DNA of 64,000 bases from a virus (IMGVR_UViG_3300036826_000567:1-64000), one strand, 5' to 3'; positions 36,506 through 47,400 are shown, counted from the first letter of the stretch. The notes: generated by a model from the sequence alone, not told the origin. Translations and numbers: made by a program.

Positions 36506-37618
36506 GTGGCATACCTCGGACACGACGGCACTGGCCCAGACTGGCCTTACGAAATTGACACGATCCAGACGTTCGTCAATGGGCCGTCACCTGCGCCGGA
36601 CAGTGATACTCGCCTGGACGCTGAGCTGGTCAACGATCTGTTGCGCACCCTGCGTGTCTTCGAAGTGACGATGGGCACGCAACCCCAGGGTGGTTTTGCC
36701 TCGGTCGCAGCCCGTCTCAACTTCTATCTCCCTGACGTGGGTGTGCCGCCCAACGTGATCGGCTTCGTCAACGAGACGACGCTGATCGTCCCAGGCACGC
36801 AGCACCAGCTTGGCACACCGCAACTGGTCTGGAATCTGTGGGATGCCGGGACGCCTCGGCATACGATTGAGCCAGGAAGCTTCACCGTGCATCCGACGTC
36901 CTATGATGTGCAACTCACCTTCAACGTGCCCCAATCAGGCACGCTGGTGCTCGATGCCCCTACGGCTCGCTATGAAGCCGCTATTACGACCGTGGCCAAT
37001 ACCCCGTTGACCATCCCTGGCACGGCGCATAGCCTGGCGACGGCTGATCTGTTCTGGGCGTTGTACACGGATGCCACGCCGCGTGTGGCCCTCGTCCCCC
37101 AGCGCTTGACAGTGCATCCCAGCAGCTTTGATGTCCAGATCACGACGAGCACCTCGGGCACGTTTCGCCTGGTCCTCACCCCTGGCCGCACGGCCTATGC
37201 CACCAATTTTAGCGCAGTCTCGACGCCACCGTTCACCGTACTGGGGACGACCCATGACCTGCTCAGTGCCGCACTCCTCGCCCAGGTGTATGACAATGCC
37301 ACGCCGCGGGAAGCGATTCCGCCTGGCAGTTTAACCGTCGATCCCGCGAGTTTTAACGTGGAGTTGGCCTTCAACGTGGCACAGAGTGGGCGCCTCCTCC
37401 TCGCGGCTGTGGCGCCTCCCCCTGGAGCACCCTTGACGCTCTCGGCGCTCGCGGTGCAACAGCAGACCCAGTGGCCGCGTACCGGTCCGATTGATCCAGT
37501 CCCCGTGCTGATGCGCACCGTGCAGGCCCTTGAGGCACGGATTATGGCCCTCGAGGAATCGCAGCTTGCGCTTTTGAGCCACCTGACTGCTCCTATGCCA
37601 GAGGAACCTTCAGCATGA
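36506..37618 (+). CDS. Tail fibre-like protein with three tandem ~70-aa beta repeats and a C-terminal coiled coil
   Basis: Repeats of G-T-x-H-x-L...(Y/W)-D-x-x-T-P-R...V-x-P-x-S-(Y/F)-(D/N)-V. Confidence 0.7.
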   Translation: MAYLGHDGTGPDWPYEIDTIQTFVNGPSPAPDSDTRLDAELVNDLLRTLRVFEVTMGTQPQGGFASVAARLNFYLPDVGVPPNVIGFVNETTLIVPGTQHQLGTPQLVWNLWDAGTPRHTIEPGSFTVHPTSYDVQLTFNVPQSGTLVLDAPTARYEAAITTVANTPLTIPGTAHSLATADLFWALYTDATPRVALVPQRLTVHPSSFDVQITTSTSGTFRLVLTPGRTAYATNFSAVSTPPFTVLGTTHDLLSAALLAQVYDNATPREAIPPGSLTVDPASFNVELAFNVAQSGRLLLAAVAPPPGAPLTLSALAVQQQTQWPRTGPIDPVPVLMRTVQALEARIMALEESQLALLSHLTAPMPEEPSA

Positions 37619-39603
37619 GAAAAACGCTCTATCGTAGTATGGCTTTGCTCCTCCTGATGGTCTCACTCGCTTTTGGCCAGGCGCAGTTGATCAATGGCAG
37701 TCGCGTCATTGCCGGCTGGATCAATGCCGGCACGACCGCAGGCACGCAGCCGGCCTATACCCTCACGCTGAGTCCAGCCCTCCCTGGCTATGTCACTGGC
37801 ACCTGCGTCCTCACGACCATCCATGCGGCCAATAGTGGTGCAAGTACGTTGAATGTCAATGGTCTTGGGGCCAAGCCGTTCAAAAAGTGGTCGAATGGCA
37901 TCCTTGTCGATCTCGTCGCGAATGACTTCGCCGTCGGGCGCATGATTTCCGCCTGCTACGACGGCACCAACATGCAGGTGATGTCGCTCGGCGGGGATGC
38001 CCCCTTAGCGACGGCCCCCGATGACACGATCATCATGGGAAACGGCACGGCCTGGCAGCAGGTGGCCATTCCCAACTGCGTTGATCCTAATCATCTCAAC
38101 TACACGGCGGCAACCAATACGTGGTTATGTGGGAGCGGCGGTACGGGGACCGGTGGGCACATCATCAAAGATGAAACGACAACCTTACCTGCCCAGCCCA
38201 TCTTAACCTTTTTGGGTGCTGGCATTACGTGCGCCAACAATATTCCGAACACCGCGACCGAGTGTGTTGTGACCGGGACAGGAACCGGGCTCCCAGGCGC
38301 CGCAGGTACCGGCATTATCGTCCAGAACTCTATGACCCCAACGACGATCAACCGCACGCTCCAGGTTGATACCAGCCAACTCCAGATTGCCAATGCCAAC
38401 GGCGTGGCGGGTGATCCGCTCATCAGTATCAAGCAAGGCGCCGTCCTCAGCAATCCAGTCATCTCCAGCGTCAATGCGCAGACCGGCACGACCTATACCA
38501 TGCTAGCCTCCGATGTCTGGAAGCTGGTGACATTCTCCAATGCCTCGCCCATCGCTGTGACGCTGCCCCAGGCGACGACCGCGGGCTTCACCGCCGGCAC
38601 GGTCTTTCCGGTACGCAATCTCGGGCCAAGCATCGTCATCATCACGCCGACCACCTCGACCATTGACAGCGCGGCCTCGCTCAGCCTAGCAGCCAATGAT
38701 AGTGCGCTCATCTACTCCAATGGGGCGCACTATGTGACGCAGCGCATGGGGCCTCCGCTCGGATTCACGGCAGTGCCTATCACGCGCCAGGTGAACAGCC
38801 ATCCGCTCTCCAGCGATGTCATCGTGACCAAAGCGGACGTGGGGTTGAGCAACGTCGATAACACCAGCGACGCCACAAAGAATAGCGCGACGGCCATCCT
38901 GGAAAATAAGCAGGTCGTCCCCCGCGTCCTCTCGCTCTCGGGTGGCACCTGCACCGTGGGTGGCACCTGTACCGGGACCGTCAGCGCACCCAATGCCGAC
39001 AATGGCGACATCTACTACCACTACAACATCACCGGCGACATCACGATCCCAAACCCCACCGCCACCGGCAGCAACCCGCGGCATGGCCAGGTCATCACGT
39101 TCATGTTCTTGTGCGACACCCCGCACAGTATTGCTTGGGGCGGCAATTTTTCAGCAGAGAACAGTCTCCCACTCTTGCCGAGTTGCACCGGGGGCGGGAC
39201 GTACGATCAAGTCGCCACCCGCTACAACACCAACTCCCTGAAGTGGGGCGTTATAGCTGGAACGAGAAGTGCTCGTGGCGTGGTGGCGTTCAATACCACG
39301 AGCACCAGCTATACGCTCACGTGCCCCGCCGACGCCGCCAGCCTCTGCGAATTACAGAACACTGCCGTGAGTACCGGCGCGATTACGGTAGCTGCCCCTA
39401 CCGGGACGTTTTTTAATGGCCAGCAGTTAAGGTTTAGGTTTCTATGTACTAATGCGCAGTCGATCACCTGGAATGCCATCTTCGTCAATTCGCCCAATGT
39501 GACGGCTCCCGCGAATTGCCCTGCGGGCACCTCGGCTTTCACGATGGCGGGCGCCGAGTATAGCACTGTTTTATCTAAGTTCCAGATTATTGCAACAAAT
39601 TGA
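37615..39603 (+). CDS. Fibre-like Thr/Gly/Cys-rich protein with an N-terminal signal peptide
   Basis: MRKTLYRSMALLLLMVSLAFG-Q; KADVGLSNVDNTSD fibre motif; two C-terminal repeats. Confidence 0.7.
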   Translation: MRKTLYRSMALLLLMVSLAFGQAQLINGSRVIAGWINAGTTAGTQPAYTLTLSPALPGYVTGTCVLTTIHAANSGASTLNVNGLGAKPFKKWSNGILVDLVANDFAVGRMISACYDGTNMQVMSLGGDAPLATAPDDTIIMGNGTAWQQVAIPNCVDPNHLNYTAATNTWLCGSGGTGTGGHIIKDETTTLPAQPILTFLGAGITCANNIPNTATECVVTGTGTGLPGAAGTGIIVQNSMTPTTINRTLQVDTSQLQIANANGVAGDPLISIKQGAVLSNPVISSVNAQTGTTYTMLASDVWKLVTFSNASPIAVTLPQATTAGFTAGTVFPVRNLGPSIVIITPTTSTIDSAASLSLAANDSALIYSNGAHYVTQRMGPPLGFTAVPITRQVNSHPLSSDVIVTKADVGLSNVDNTSDATKNSATAILENKQVVPRVLSLSGGTCTVGGTCTGTVSAPNADNGDIYYHYNITGDITIPNPTATGSNPRHGQVITFMFLCDTPHSIAWGGNFSAENSLPLLPSCTGGGTYDQVATRYNTNSLKWGVIAGTRSARGVVAFNTTSTSYTLTCPADAASLCELQNTAVSTGAITVAAPTGTFFNGQQLRFRFLCTNAQSITWNAIFVNSPNVTAPANCPAGTSAFTMAGAEYSTVLSKFQIIATN

Positions 39604-39622
39604 ACTATAAGGAGACTTCTCT

Positions 39623-40162
39623 ATGAAATTTTCCTCTATCGGCCCCGCCTGGTGCTTCCTGGCGCTCCTGCTCTACGCTGCCTATGGCCAGGCGCAAGAA
39701 TGTACACAGGCTGAATTGTCAGCCGAGTTCTCTACAGATCCCACCGCCCGTGGCTATGCCACCTGCACGGATGATCCGTGCTATCTGGACAAGCTGAACG
39801 AACCATGCATCGGCAATGCGAACTGCAACAAGGTGGAGAATGTCCTGACGCGCGAGCAGATTTATCAGACGATCATTGACGCTACTGAGCTTGACACGCT
39901 AGCGAACGGCACCGCGCCTGCCGATGTCAAGCACCAGAAGGAACTCGGGTGGCTGCTGAATGCGACCACCTGGAATATGGCACTCAATAGTTCGCAGAAA
40001 CACTGGAAAAATCCGTTTCCAAGTTCTACGAGTCCTATTACAAACGCCGCGATAGACGCGGCAAAACTCCGGGATGCGTCGCGGTGTCAGGCCGTGTGTA
40101 GTAAGAGTGCCTGCACCCTGTCCGAGGTGTCATGTGGGTTGCGCGGCGATGATTGCCAGTAG
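39623..40162 (+). CDS. Cys-rich protein with a signal peptide
   Basis: AWCFLALLLYAAYGQA-Q; DPTARGY motif; 10 Cys in the mature part. Confidence 0.65.
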   Translation: MKFSSIGPAWCFLALLLYAAYGQAQECTQAELSAEFSTDPTARGYATCTDDPCYLDKLNEPCIGNANCNKVENVLTREQIYQTIIDATELDTLANGTAPADVKHQKELGWLLNATTWNMALNSSQKHWKNPFPSSTSPITNAAIDAAKLRDASRCQAVCSKSACTLSEVSCGLRGDDCQ

Positions 40163-40171
40163 AGGAGATCG

Positions 40172-40678
40172 ATGCCCATGATGAGACGCCTACTTGTTTT
40201 CCTGCTCATCAGCCTGTTGCTCGCGTCCCCGACCTGGGCCGCCACTGTCACCAAGCTCCAATCCAGTACGCAGGACACCTGGCATACCGGGGGTGCAGGG
40301 CTCACCAGCGGCTCGACCGTCCTGAGTAGCGCGGTCACCGTCACGAGCGCCGGCTATCTCGGGGCCAACTGTCTCCTCAATGTCGCGTCCTTCTCGACGA
40401 ATGTCACGGCAGGGACCGCGGTCGTGGCCTGGTTCATCGTCTCGCCAGATGGCGGCACGACGTACCCTGATACCGCTTCCACGCCGCAGTGGACTCCCGA
40501 CATGATTTTTCCCCTGCAGGGGGGCATCAGTACGCAGCAAATCATTCCCTTTGAGATTCCGCTGGGCAAACTGCCCGTAGGGAGCTTCAAAGTGCTCATT
40601 AAAAACGATGCGACCGGCGCCACGATGAACACCGCATGGACACTCAAATGCAAACCTTTCACGCTCCAATCCAACTAA
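40172..40678 (+). CDS. Beta-sandwich protein with a signal peptide
   Basis: MRRLLVFLLISLLLASPTWA-A. Confidence 0.65.
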   Translation: MPMMRRLLVFLLISLLLASPTWAATVTKLQSSTQDTWHTGGAGLTSGSTVLSSAVTVTSAGYLGANCLLNVASFSTNVTAGTAVVAWFIVSPDGGTTYPDTASTPQWTPDMIFPLQGGISTQQIIPFEIPLGKLPVGSFKVLIKNDATGATMNTAWTLKCKPFTLQSN

Positions 40679-41451
40679 TCCTGCTGGTGCTCCTCGGCTG
40701 GGTGGCCCTCGCCTCGGCCCAGAGCAATGATAAGCCCATCCTCTGGTGGCGCTTCGATGAGGTTGGCGGCAACAAAGCCTATGATGCCAGCGGCAATGGG
40801 AACACCGGCGTCTTCAGCTCGGCGACGATGACGCGGCCCAATGACCCCGTCCATCGCGGCGTCGTACAACAGCCAAGCACCTATGCGACGGTGACGGCCA
40901 CGCATGTGCCCGAACTCAATCCGGGCAGCAGTAATTTTACGGTGACGCTCTGGATCAAAAATAGTCAGCCCACCATTGATTCGGTGTTCTTCGTGAAGGG
41001 GAACTATGCCGGGCCGTTTACCTCCATTTACCTCTGGACAGCCTCGGCGGGAGGCGGCGTGGACAATTATTACAATGGCTCAGCGGATATCAGCCTGGGC
41101 GCCTCGACGTCTGCCTGGAAGCATCTGGCCGTGACCCGGGCAGGGACCAGTATTACCACCTATGCCAATGGCAGTCAGGTCGCGACGGGCACGCATAGTA
41201 CCTCGCTGAGCAACACCAACAACCTGACACTCGGTGGGGCGAGTGACGCGACGGCCTGGTGCGTGTGTAGTTTTAGCGATGTGCGCCTCTATTATCGCGC
41301 GATGACGGCCGCTGAGATCCGCCAGGTCTACCGCGAGGGGCTGATGCCACCTCCTGCGCCCGCATCGGTGACCGATCTTGCTGCCGCCCTCCTCCTGAGC
41401 CCTGCTGGAGGCGCCAAAGGGAGCTTTTTCCGGTTCTTCGAGCCGCAATAA
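40636..41451 (+). CDS. LamG-like jelly-roll protein with a signal peptide
   Basis: LILLVLLGWVALASA-Q; WWRFDE...DASGNGNTG...FTVTLWIK...WKHLAVT...DVRLYYRAMT. Confidence 0.75.
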   Translation: MDTQMQTFHAPIQLILLVLLGWVALASAQSNDKPILWWRFDEVGGNKAYDASGNGNTGVFSSATMTRPNDPVHRGVVQQPSTYATVTATHVPELNPGSSNFTVTLWIKNSQPTIDSVFFVKGNYAGPFTSIYLWTASAGGGVDNYYNGSADISLGASTSAWKHLAVTRAGTSITTYANGSQVATGTHSTSLSNTNNLTLGGASDATAWCVCSFSDVRLYYRAMTAAEIRQVYREGLMPPPAPASVTDLAAALLLSPAGGAKGSFFRFFEPQ

Positions 41452-41462
41452 AGGGAACGCTT

Positions 41463-44057
41463 ATGCCGCTCTGCTCCATCGTCCTCGGTCTTCTCGCTCT
41501 CCTGCTCTGGCTCCAGCCGGTTGACGCGCTCAATGCCCAGTATTACTTGCATCCGGGCAGTGGCAACGATAGCTGGGCTGGTACCAGTCCCACGCTGAGT
41601 GCGCCCAACGGTCCGTGGAAGACGCTCAACAAAGCCGCTGCCAGTACGGGGCAGGGCGATGTCGTCACGATTCTGCCAGGCAGCTACACCAGCACCCAGA
41701 TTATCAGCAGTGGGAGCGCGCCGAATCGCTGGTTGCGTTGGACCGAAAGCCTGGGGAAGGGCGTGGCTGGGAACCCGATCACGATCCAGGCCACGCCCGG
41801 TACCGTCACGATTGATGCCCAACTGAACGACTACCTCATCTCGTTCTGGCCCAACGGCGTGACAACCGCCTTTTATGTGGTCGTCAAGGGCCTGACTATC
41901 ACCAACACGCGGGGGGGCGGCCTGGATGTCTCGGGTGATCCCACTATCAGCTCGGCGCCCAGCGCCTATTTCAGCACCCATGTGGCGTTCCTCGACAACC
42001 GCATCACCAATGTCGGCTCGCTGTGTAGCGCGCCATTTGGCACCACCTCGGCCAACCATATCATCTGGCAGCATAACTCCCTCTTCAATAGTGGCGATCC
42101 GAGCATTTATGCCGCGGGCTGTGGGGCGGATACGTCCTCGCAACACTGGGTCTACCCCGGCCATAATGTCCAGTATAGCGTGGTGGACGGCAATACGTTC
42201 GAGAGCAATTCTGGCCACGGCGTGCATTATTTCGGCAATGATAGTGCCTTTGCCCACCTCTACGACCACACGATCATTCGGCGCAACATCCTCATTAATG
42301 CGGCGGTGACTGGGATGATTACCAGTCGATCCAATTTTGACCACACGTATATCTACCACAATACGCTGTATCAGGAGGCCGACCCCTATCCTGCCGCCCC
42401 CTGGACGCCGAGCGGGCGGGCGAGCTACGGCATCGCGCAACATCTGAGTACGTCGCTGCAGCGCACAATCATCAAAAATAATATTGTCTATGGCTATGCC
42501 GATTCAGGCATGCTGTTTGCCGACGCGAATAGCAACTTTAATGGCACCTTAACGCTGGACTATAATCTGATTGACAACCTCTTTGATAGCACCAAGGCGT
42601 ACAATTTCGATGGGACCGGGCGGAACTTGACGAGCTTCAAGGCCGCCTATCCGACCTATGCGCAGCACAGCCTCCAGGCCAATCCCCAGTTTACCAATCC
42701 GGCCAGTCCCACGCGGGATTTCAGCCTGGGGGCCACGTCACCCGCCAAGAATGCCGGCGATTTTCTCACCCAGGCGACGAACAGCGGGACGGGCAGCACG
42801 AGTCTCCAGGTGGCGGACGCCGGATATTTCCATGACGGCTTCGGGTTGATCGCAGGGGATACGATCCAGGTTGGCACCGGGCAGGCCCCGGTCGTGGTCA
42901 CCGCCGTGAATTATAGCACCAACACTCTCACCCTCCAGAATGCGCGCACCTGGACTTCGGGGACCAACGTGTCGCTGCCCTATAGTGACACCAAGCCGGA
43001 TATGGGGGCGCTGGAGAGTGCAGTGGTGGCCAGTCCAGTCACGGTGTTTGTCGATGACGATGCGGCCAATGACAGCCAGCCCTGCGCGAGTGTGGATATC
43101 ACCCATCCCCGCAAGACGACGGCGGGCGGCGTAACCTGTCTCACCCCGGGCTCGACGCTGTATTTCCGGGCCGGCACCTATGATCTGCTCACGTCCGCGA
43201 CGATGACGATTCCCGGCGGCAGTGACTGGGCCAGTGCCACGACATTTGCCGCCTACGGTGGCGAAGCCGTCACCCTGCGGACGACGGCCATCAACTCGTC
43301 GGTCGTACAATTAGCAGCGCCAGGGACGAATCAGTACATCGTCTTTGACCGCCTGACCCTGGATGCCCAGAGTCTCGCCAACACCTATGGGCTCCAGCTC
43401 AATGGCGTCAGCAACATTCGGTTCCAAAATGGCACCATCAAGAACGCGACGAACCCGTGCGTGTATACCCCGGGCAGCAGTGGCATTGAGATCCTGGCGA
43501 GTCGGATCTTTGGGTGTGACGATGGCGTAAACATGGGGACGACGACCAGCAGCCTCGTCGCCAACAACCTGCTCTATGGCAACAATCGGGGGGTCGCGGT
43601 GCGCTCGGGCAGTACCGGCGTCAAGGTCTACTACAACAGCGCAGGGAACAACGCGGTGCGCGGGCTGAACATTGTCACCGGCGCCGTCAATACGGAGCTG
43701 CGCGGCAACATCAGCTTCGCCAACACGAGCGACCCGAGCCAGCAGATCCTCGATGAGACGGGGGGCACCAGCGGCAATGTCGTCGCCAACAACCTGACGA
43801 CGGACCCAGCCTGGCTCAACGGCCCGGCCAACGATTTCCACCTGACGAGCAGTAGCACCGGGGCACTCAATACGGGGGTAGCCCTGCCCGAGGTGATGAC
43901 GGACTTCGAGGGGACGGTGCGCCCAACCGCTCCCGGGAGCAATCCGGACCTCGGAGCGCTTGAGTGTGGCGCAGCCTGTGCGGGGCCGCCGGTGCCCCCC
44001 TCAGTCTCGACGCCACTGCCAGCGCCGCCGTATATCACGCACTTTTTGGCACGGTGA
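41463..44057 (+). CDS. Right-handed beta-helix (pectin lyase-like) protein with two domains and a signal peptide
   Basis: YYLHPGSGNDSWAGTS...PWKTL, repeated NN/N-x-(I/L/F) ladders, PDMGALE and PDLGALE domain ends. Confidence 0.8.
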   Translation: MPLCSIVLGLLALLLWLQPVDALNAQYYLHPGSGNDSWAGTSPTLSAPNGPWKTLNKAAASTGQGDVVTILPGSYTSTQIISSGSAPNRWLRWTESLGKGVAGNPITIQATPGTVTIDAQLNDYLISFWPNGVTTAFYVVVKGLTITNTRGGGLDVSGDPTISSAPSAYFSTHVAFLDNRITNVGSLCSAPFGTTSANHIIWQHNSLFNSGDPSIYAAGCGADTSSQHWVYPGHNVQYSVVDGNTFESNSGHGVHYFGNDSAFAHLYDHTIIRRNILINAAVTGMITSRSNFDHTYIYHNTLYQEADPYPAAPWTPSGRASYGIAQHLSTSLQRTIIKNNIVYGYADSGMLFADANSNFNGTLTLDYNLIDNLFDSTKAYNFDGTGRNLTSFKAAYPTYAQHSLQANPQFTNPASPTRDFSLGATSPAKNAGDFLTQATNSGTGSTSLQVADAGYFHDGFGLIAGDTIQVGTGQAPVVVTAVNYSTNTLTLQNARTWTSGTNVSLPYSDTKPDMGALESAVVASPVTVFVDDDAANDSQPCASVDITHPRKTTAGGVTCLTPGSTLYFRAGTYDLLTSATMTIPGGSDWASATTFAAYGGEAVTLRTTAINSSVVQLAAPGTNQYIVFDRLTLDAQSLANTYGLQLNGVSNIRFQNGTIKNATNPCVYTPGSSGIEILASRIFGCDDGVNMGTTTSSLVANNLLYGNNRGVAVRSGSTGVKVYYNSAGNNAVRGLNIVTGAVNTELRGNISFANTSDPSQQILDETGGTSGNVVANNLTTDPAWLNGPANDFHLTSSSTGALNTGVALPEVMTDFEGTVRPTAPGSNPDLGALECGAACAGPPVPPSVSTPLPAPPYITHFLAR

Positions 44058-44068
44058 GGAGGAAACGT

Positions 44069-44230
44069 ATGGCCCTGATCCTGATTATCGTGTTGCTCAT
44101 CCTCGCCCTCGGCGGGCTCCCAGGCCCGTGGTGGCCGGGGACGGTCCATTCATGGGGATATGGCCCGTCGGGCGTGATTGGCATAGTATTAATTGTCCTC
44201 ATCATACTGCTTCTCATGGGCCGTATATGA
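44069..44230 (+). CDS. Small membrane protein (DUF3309-like)
   Basis: LILIIVLLILALGGLP...HSWGYGPSGVIGIVLIVLIILLLMGRI. Confidence 0.7.
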   Translation: MALILIIVLLILALGGLPGPWWPGTVHSWGYGPSGVIGIVLIVLIILLLMGRI

Positions 44231-44496
44231 GGGGATGGCTGCTCCTCGTCTGCCTGCTGTGTGGGGGGTGCCATTCTGGCACCAGTCAGACCGCATTTAT
44301 GCTTGGGACAGCGGCGCTGGCTACTGAGAATATGACACCCAGGGCCTGCCTCTGGGTGGTCGGTTCCGTGGGTGGGTTTCGAGGCGCCCAAATTTTGATC
44401 GCTCATGGCGGAGCATCACTTGAAGAATGCGCCAAAGTTCATGCCCTGAGCCAATATTATTCCTCTCCACTACCTCCAACATCCCCGCCACCATGA
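44227..44496 (+). CDS. Putative small lipoprotein
   Basis: MRGWLLLVCLLCGGC; coupled ATGA start. Confidence 0.5.
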   Translation: MRGWLLLVCLLCGGCHSGTSQTAFMLGTAALATENMTPRACLWVVGSVGGFRGAQILIAHGGASLEECAKVHALSQYYSSPLPPTSPPP

Positions 44497-44699
44497 TTGA
44501 CTCCAGCTTAGATGTGTCGCCACGTCAGCCTCTCCACAATATCATGGACAGTTCGTCTGCTCGTGTCATGTTTTATAGCTATGTGCGTTTTCCTCATCCC
44601 ATTCGAATAATCGGCCCGTATAGCAAGAGCTTTTTCTACGGTTATAAGAGCTCTTGGGTGATCTGCCCGTTCCACCGCCCCCCCCTCAATGATCCCTTT

Positions 44700-45833
44700 T
44701 TATTCTCCCCGCTCCGCCTGCCTCGTATGCTCAGGCTTGTCTTTCTTCTCATGCTTCGTCTTCTTGGGCCTCCGCTCCTCGGGTGGGTCGCTAGGCGGAG
44801 GGGGCACCACCGGCGTCAACAGCAGCGCATAATCCGCATTGTCCTTCGTGCCATAGACCAGCATCATGCCGGCGTCGTTGAGGCGTACCGCGTTGTAGAG
44901 GTCCCACCCGGGCTCGGTCAGGAGGGGGCTGACATCTTGCGGCGTGGCCGGATCGGGCCACCGCAGCACCCGTTGCGCGAACATGCCATTGCCTTCACCG
45001 ACGCCGATGGTGAGTGCCTCGGTGATGTCGCTCGCGGTGGTGCTCGGAAAACCTGGGAACGCATCGTAGAGCGTCAGCCCCGTGCTCATGGTCCACTGGA
45101 AGAGCCGGATGCCCTGTCCGATAATCGTGGCTTCGCCCAGCACCACATTGAGGGCCGTCAGCGCGACCGCCCGGCTATTGAGCGCTGTGGGAGGGTGAAT
45201 GTCTTGCGGCACGCCGCCAATACTCACATAGGCATGCGAGGGACCCGCGGGCGTCTGGTAGCTGCCCACGACCACGCCGGACGGATTGAGCCGCGCACCA
45301 TCGCCATCGCCCCCACTCGGCGTCGTGAGCAAATGCGGCACGCCACTCACCCAGAGGCATGGGGCCTGGCCGGTCGTCAGGGTACAGCGGCCGATGATGA
45401 GGTTGCCCTTCACGGCGCCCACTGTCGCCAAGAGCATCGGGGCGGTGATGTCCACCATGCCGGTCTCGACGGTCCACTGCCAGGCATGGTTGGCCCCCGT
45501 GGCGTCAAAGCCATTGCCGACCACCGTCCCCCCGTCCACATCCTGGGCCGTCGTATCAAAGCCGGGGGTGAGAGCGCCGAGCAGCTGGAAGGTGGGATAG
45601 AGGATCGCGGCCTGCACGCGCGTGCCCATCAGCACGCCGCCGACGACGGTGCCCGCTTCGTCCAGCCCCTCCACGAGCACACTGCCCTCGCCACCGGCAA
45701 AGCGCCTCGCACCGCCGGGGCCGGCGCGACCAAGATTCACGACGTCATAGGCGATCGGGACTTCAGCCTGAAGCGGCCAGGGGACGATGAGGACGAGGGC
45801 GAGGAATATCAGACTGTACCGAAAACCACGCAT
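44700..45833 (-). CDS. Secreted HAF-repeat-like beta-propeller protein (moron)
   Basis: Signal peptide, repeated G-x-VVG...HA(W/Y)...G-M-x-D-I units, LYNAVRLNDAGMM. Confidence 0.7.
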   Translation of the reverse strand: MRGFRYSLIFLALVLIVPWPLQAEVPIAYDVVNLGRAGPGGARRFAGGEGSVLVEGLDEAGTVVGGVLMGTRVQAAILYPTFQLLGALTPGFDTTAQDVDGGTVVGNGFDATGANHAWQWTVETGMVDITAPMLLATVGAVKGNLIIGRCTLTTGQAPCLWVSGVPHLLTTPSGGDGDGARLNPSGVVVGSYQTPAGPSHAYVSIGGVPQDIHPPTALNSRAVALTALNVVLGEATIIGQGIRLFQWTMSTGLTLYDAFPGFPSTTASDITEALTIGVGEGNGMFAQRVLRWPDPATPQDVSPLLTEPGWDLYNAVRLNDAGMMLVYGTKDNADYALLLTPVVPPPPSDPPEERRPKKTKHEKKDKPEHTRQAERGE

Positions 45834-46317
45834 ATGCTATGCTCCTTCTGTCTGTGGATGCTGTGCCGGGGGCCTGCTGCGAGGCCCCCTTCGTTGTTTC
45901 GAGCGCTTATTGTAGAGATTTTCGCCTTAGGGTGCGAGATATTCCCGCGCCGGATCGCCATTGGGCCTCCGACGCATCGTTTTGTGATTTCTGTACCACC
46001 CCATAGGTGCATCGCCTTCGCCCTGCCACTGCTCAGCGGCTTGACAAGCCGCGTCGATATTCGCATATCAAAAACTGTCGTGCGGCCCGAACTCATCGCC
46101 CACCCAGAGGCGTGCGTTGCCCCAGAGTTGGAGAGTCACGCCGATCCAACGGCCTGAGGGCAGGCGCCGGAGGTAGGCATGGTCATCGGGGTCGAGGGCG
46201 TTAGGCATGAAACACCTCCATTGTGCTATACTCCTTCTGTCTGTGGTACACGTACCAGCCAGTGCAGACCCTCCTGGGGCACCTGCCAGAGAGCGTCCCA
46301 GGAGGGCAGTTAAACGC

Positions 46318-47400
46318 TCAGAACCGCGCTGCCGTCCTCCGCAGCGCCTCAATGATCGCCACATAATTTTGCGGTTCGGGCTCGAGCCCGGTCAACTCCC
46401 TCGCCACGCGTTGTGCCTCCAACTTCGTGCCACCCCGCCACCCGTTGTCGCGGAGCAGGTCGAGAATCTGCTGCTTCAGCATGCGAATACACCGAGGACA
46501 GAAATCTTTATCCGGCTCGACGTGGACAGCGCAGTGGACACAGATCGGCGCGTCACAGGTCTTCTTGCGCCGCCCGTCCGTGCGGCCATCACAGAGCCGC
46601 ATCGCCACACACGGGTCCGCCGTCCCACAGACCACACAGCGCTGCATCTTCTTCTGGCGACGTCCGCGCGAGCAGACGATGGTGTGGGCATACTTGACGG
46701 TGCCATCGGGGTTGTTGATGGGAATAGAGACGCGTTCACAGGGCATCGCGATGTCCCTCCTGTCGCAATACCGCCCGGTCGATATCCGCCATCCAGTCAT
46801 AGCACTGCTCGCTGGCATAGCAGGCGGCTTTGGCCAGGGCCGCCCACTCCTCATCCGTGGCACGCCCGCCCATAAAATGGACGAGCACGCGCCGCTCGTA
46901 CGTGGTGGTGGATATGGTGCCGAGGGCCTCCTGCTCAGCCTGGGTCAGGGTGTCGGTCGTGCTCATATGGTTTCTCCATGCGCGGTGAAATCTGGGGTCA
47001 CGTCCCCCTCTAGGCAATGCCACAGATGTAATATCGGCGCGATATTCACATGCTTTGCCCGCGGCGGCATGACCTGTAAAGCAGTTCGATCTGCGCCAAT
47101 AAACACGTCCTTGACCTGACTCATCAGATCCCAGTTGGGTAACTCGCGATTCTTGCGGGAGACACTGACATGCAGCCAGTGCTTCTCGTCACCATAGTGC
47201 GCACAGGAGACCAGCACCCGTACCGTGCCATGGCGCACATAGATGCGGTTGTAGTCCCGATCCCAGCCATAGGGTGGCGGATATTCTTCCCAGCCAGCGG
47301 GCAGAGCCTCGGGAAACCAGGCAGGTAAGGGCACAGGGGCGTGCGTCGCATCTCCCCCGACTTGATAGGTCTGTCCACGAAACGTGACGATATCAGGCAT
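46318..47400 (-). CDS. Three small genes (46318-46746 Cys-rich; 46736-46966; 46963-47400 with WLHVSVS motif)
   Basis: Coupled ORFs with GGAG/GAGG RBS sequences. Confidence 0.6.

Noticed and set aside
30800-44057. Diversity-generating retroelement acting on tail fibres
   Set aside because: No reverse transcriptase and no TR/VR pair with adenine-specific mismatches was seen.
44427-46157. 576-aa plus-strand ORF
   Set aside because: Antisense shadow of the HAF-repeat-like gene 44700-45833; no protein-like motifs.
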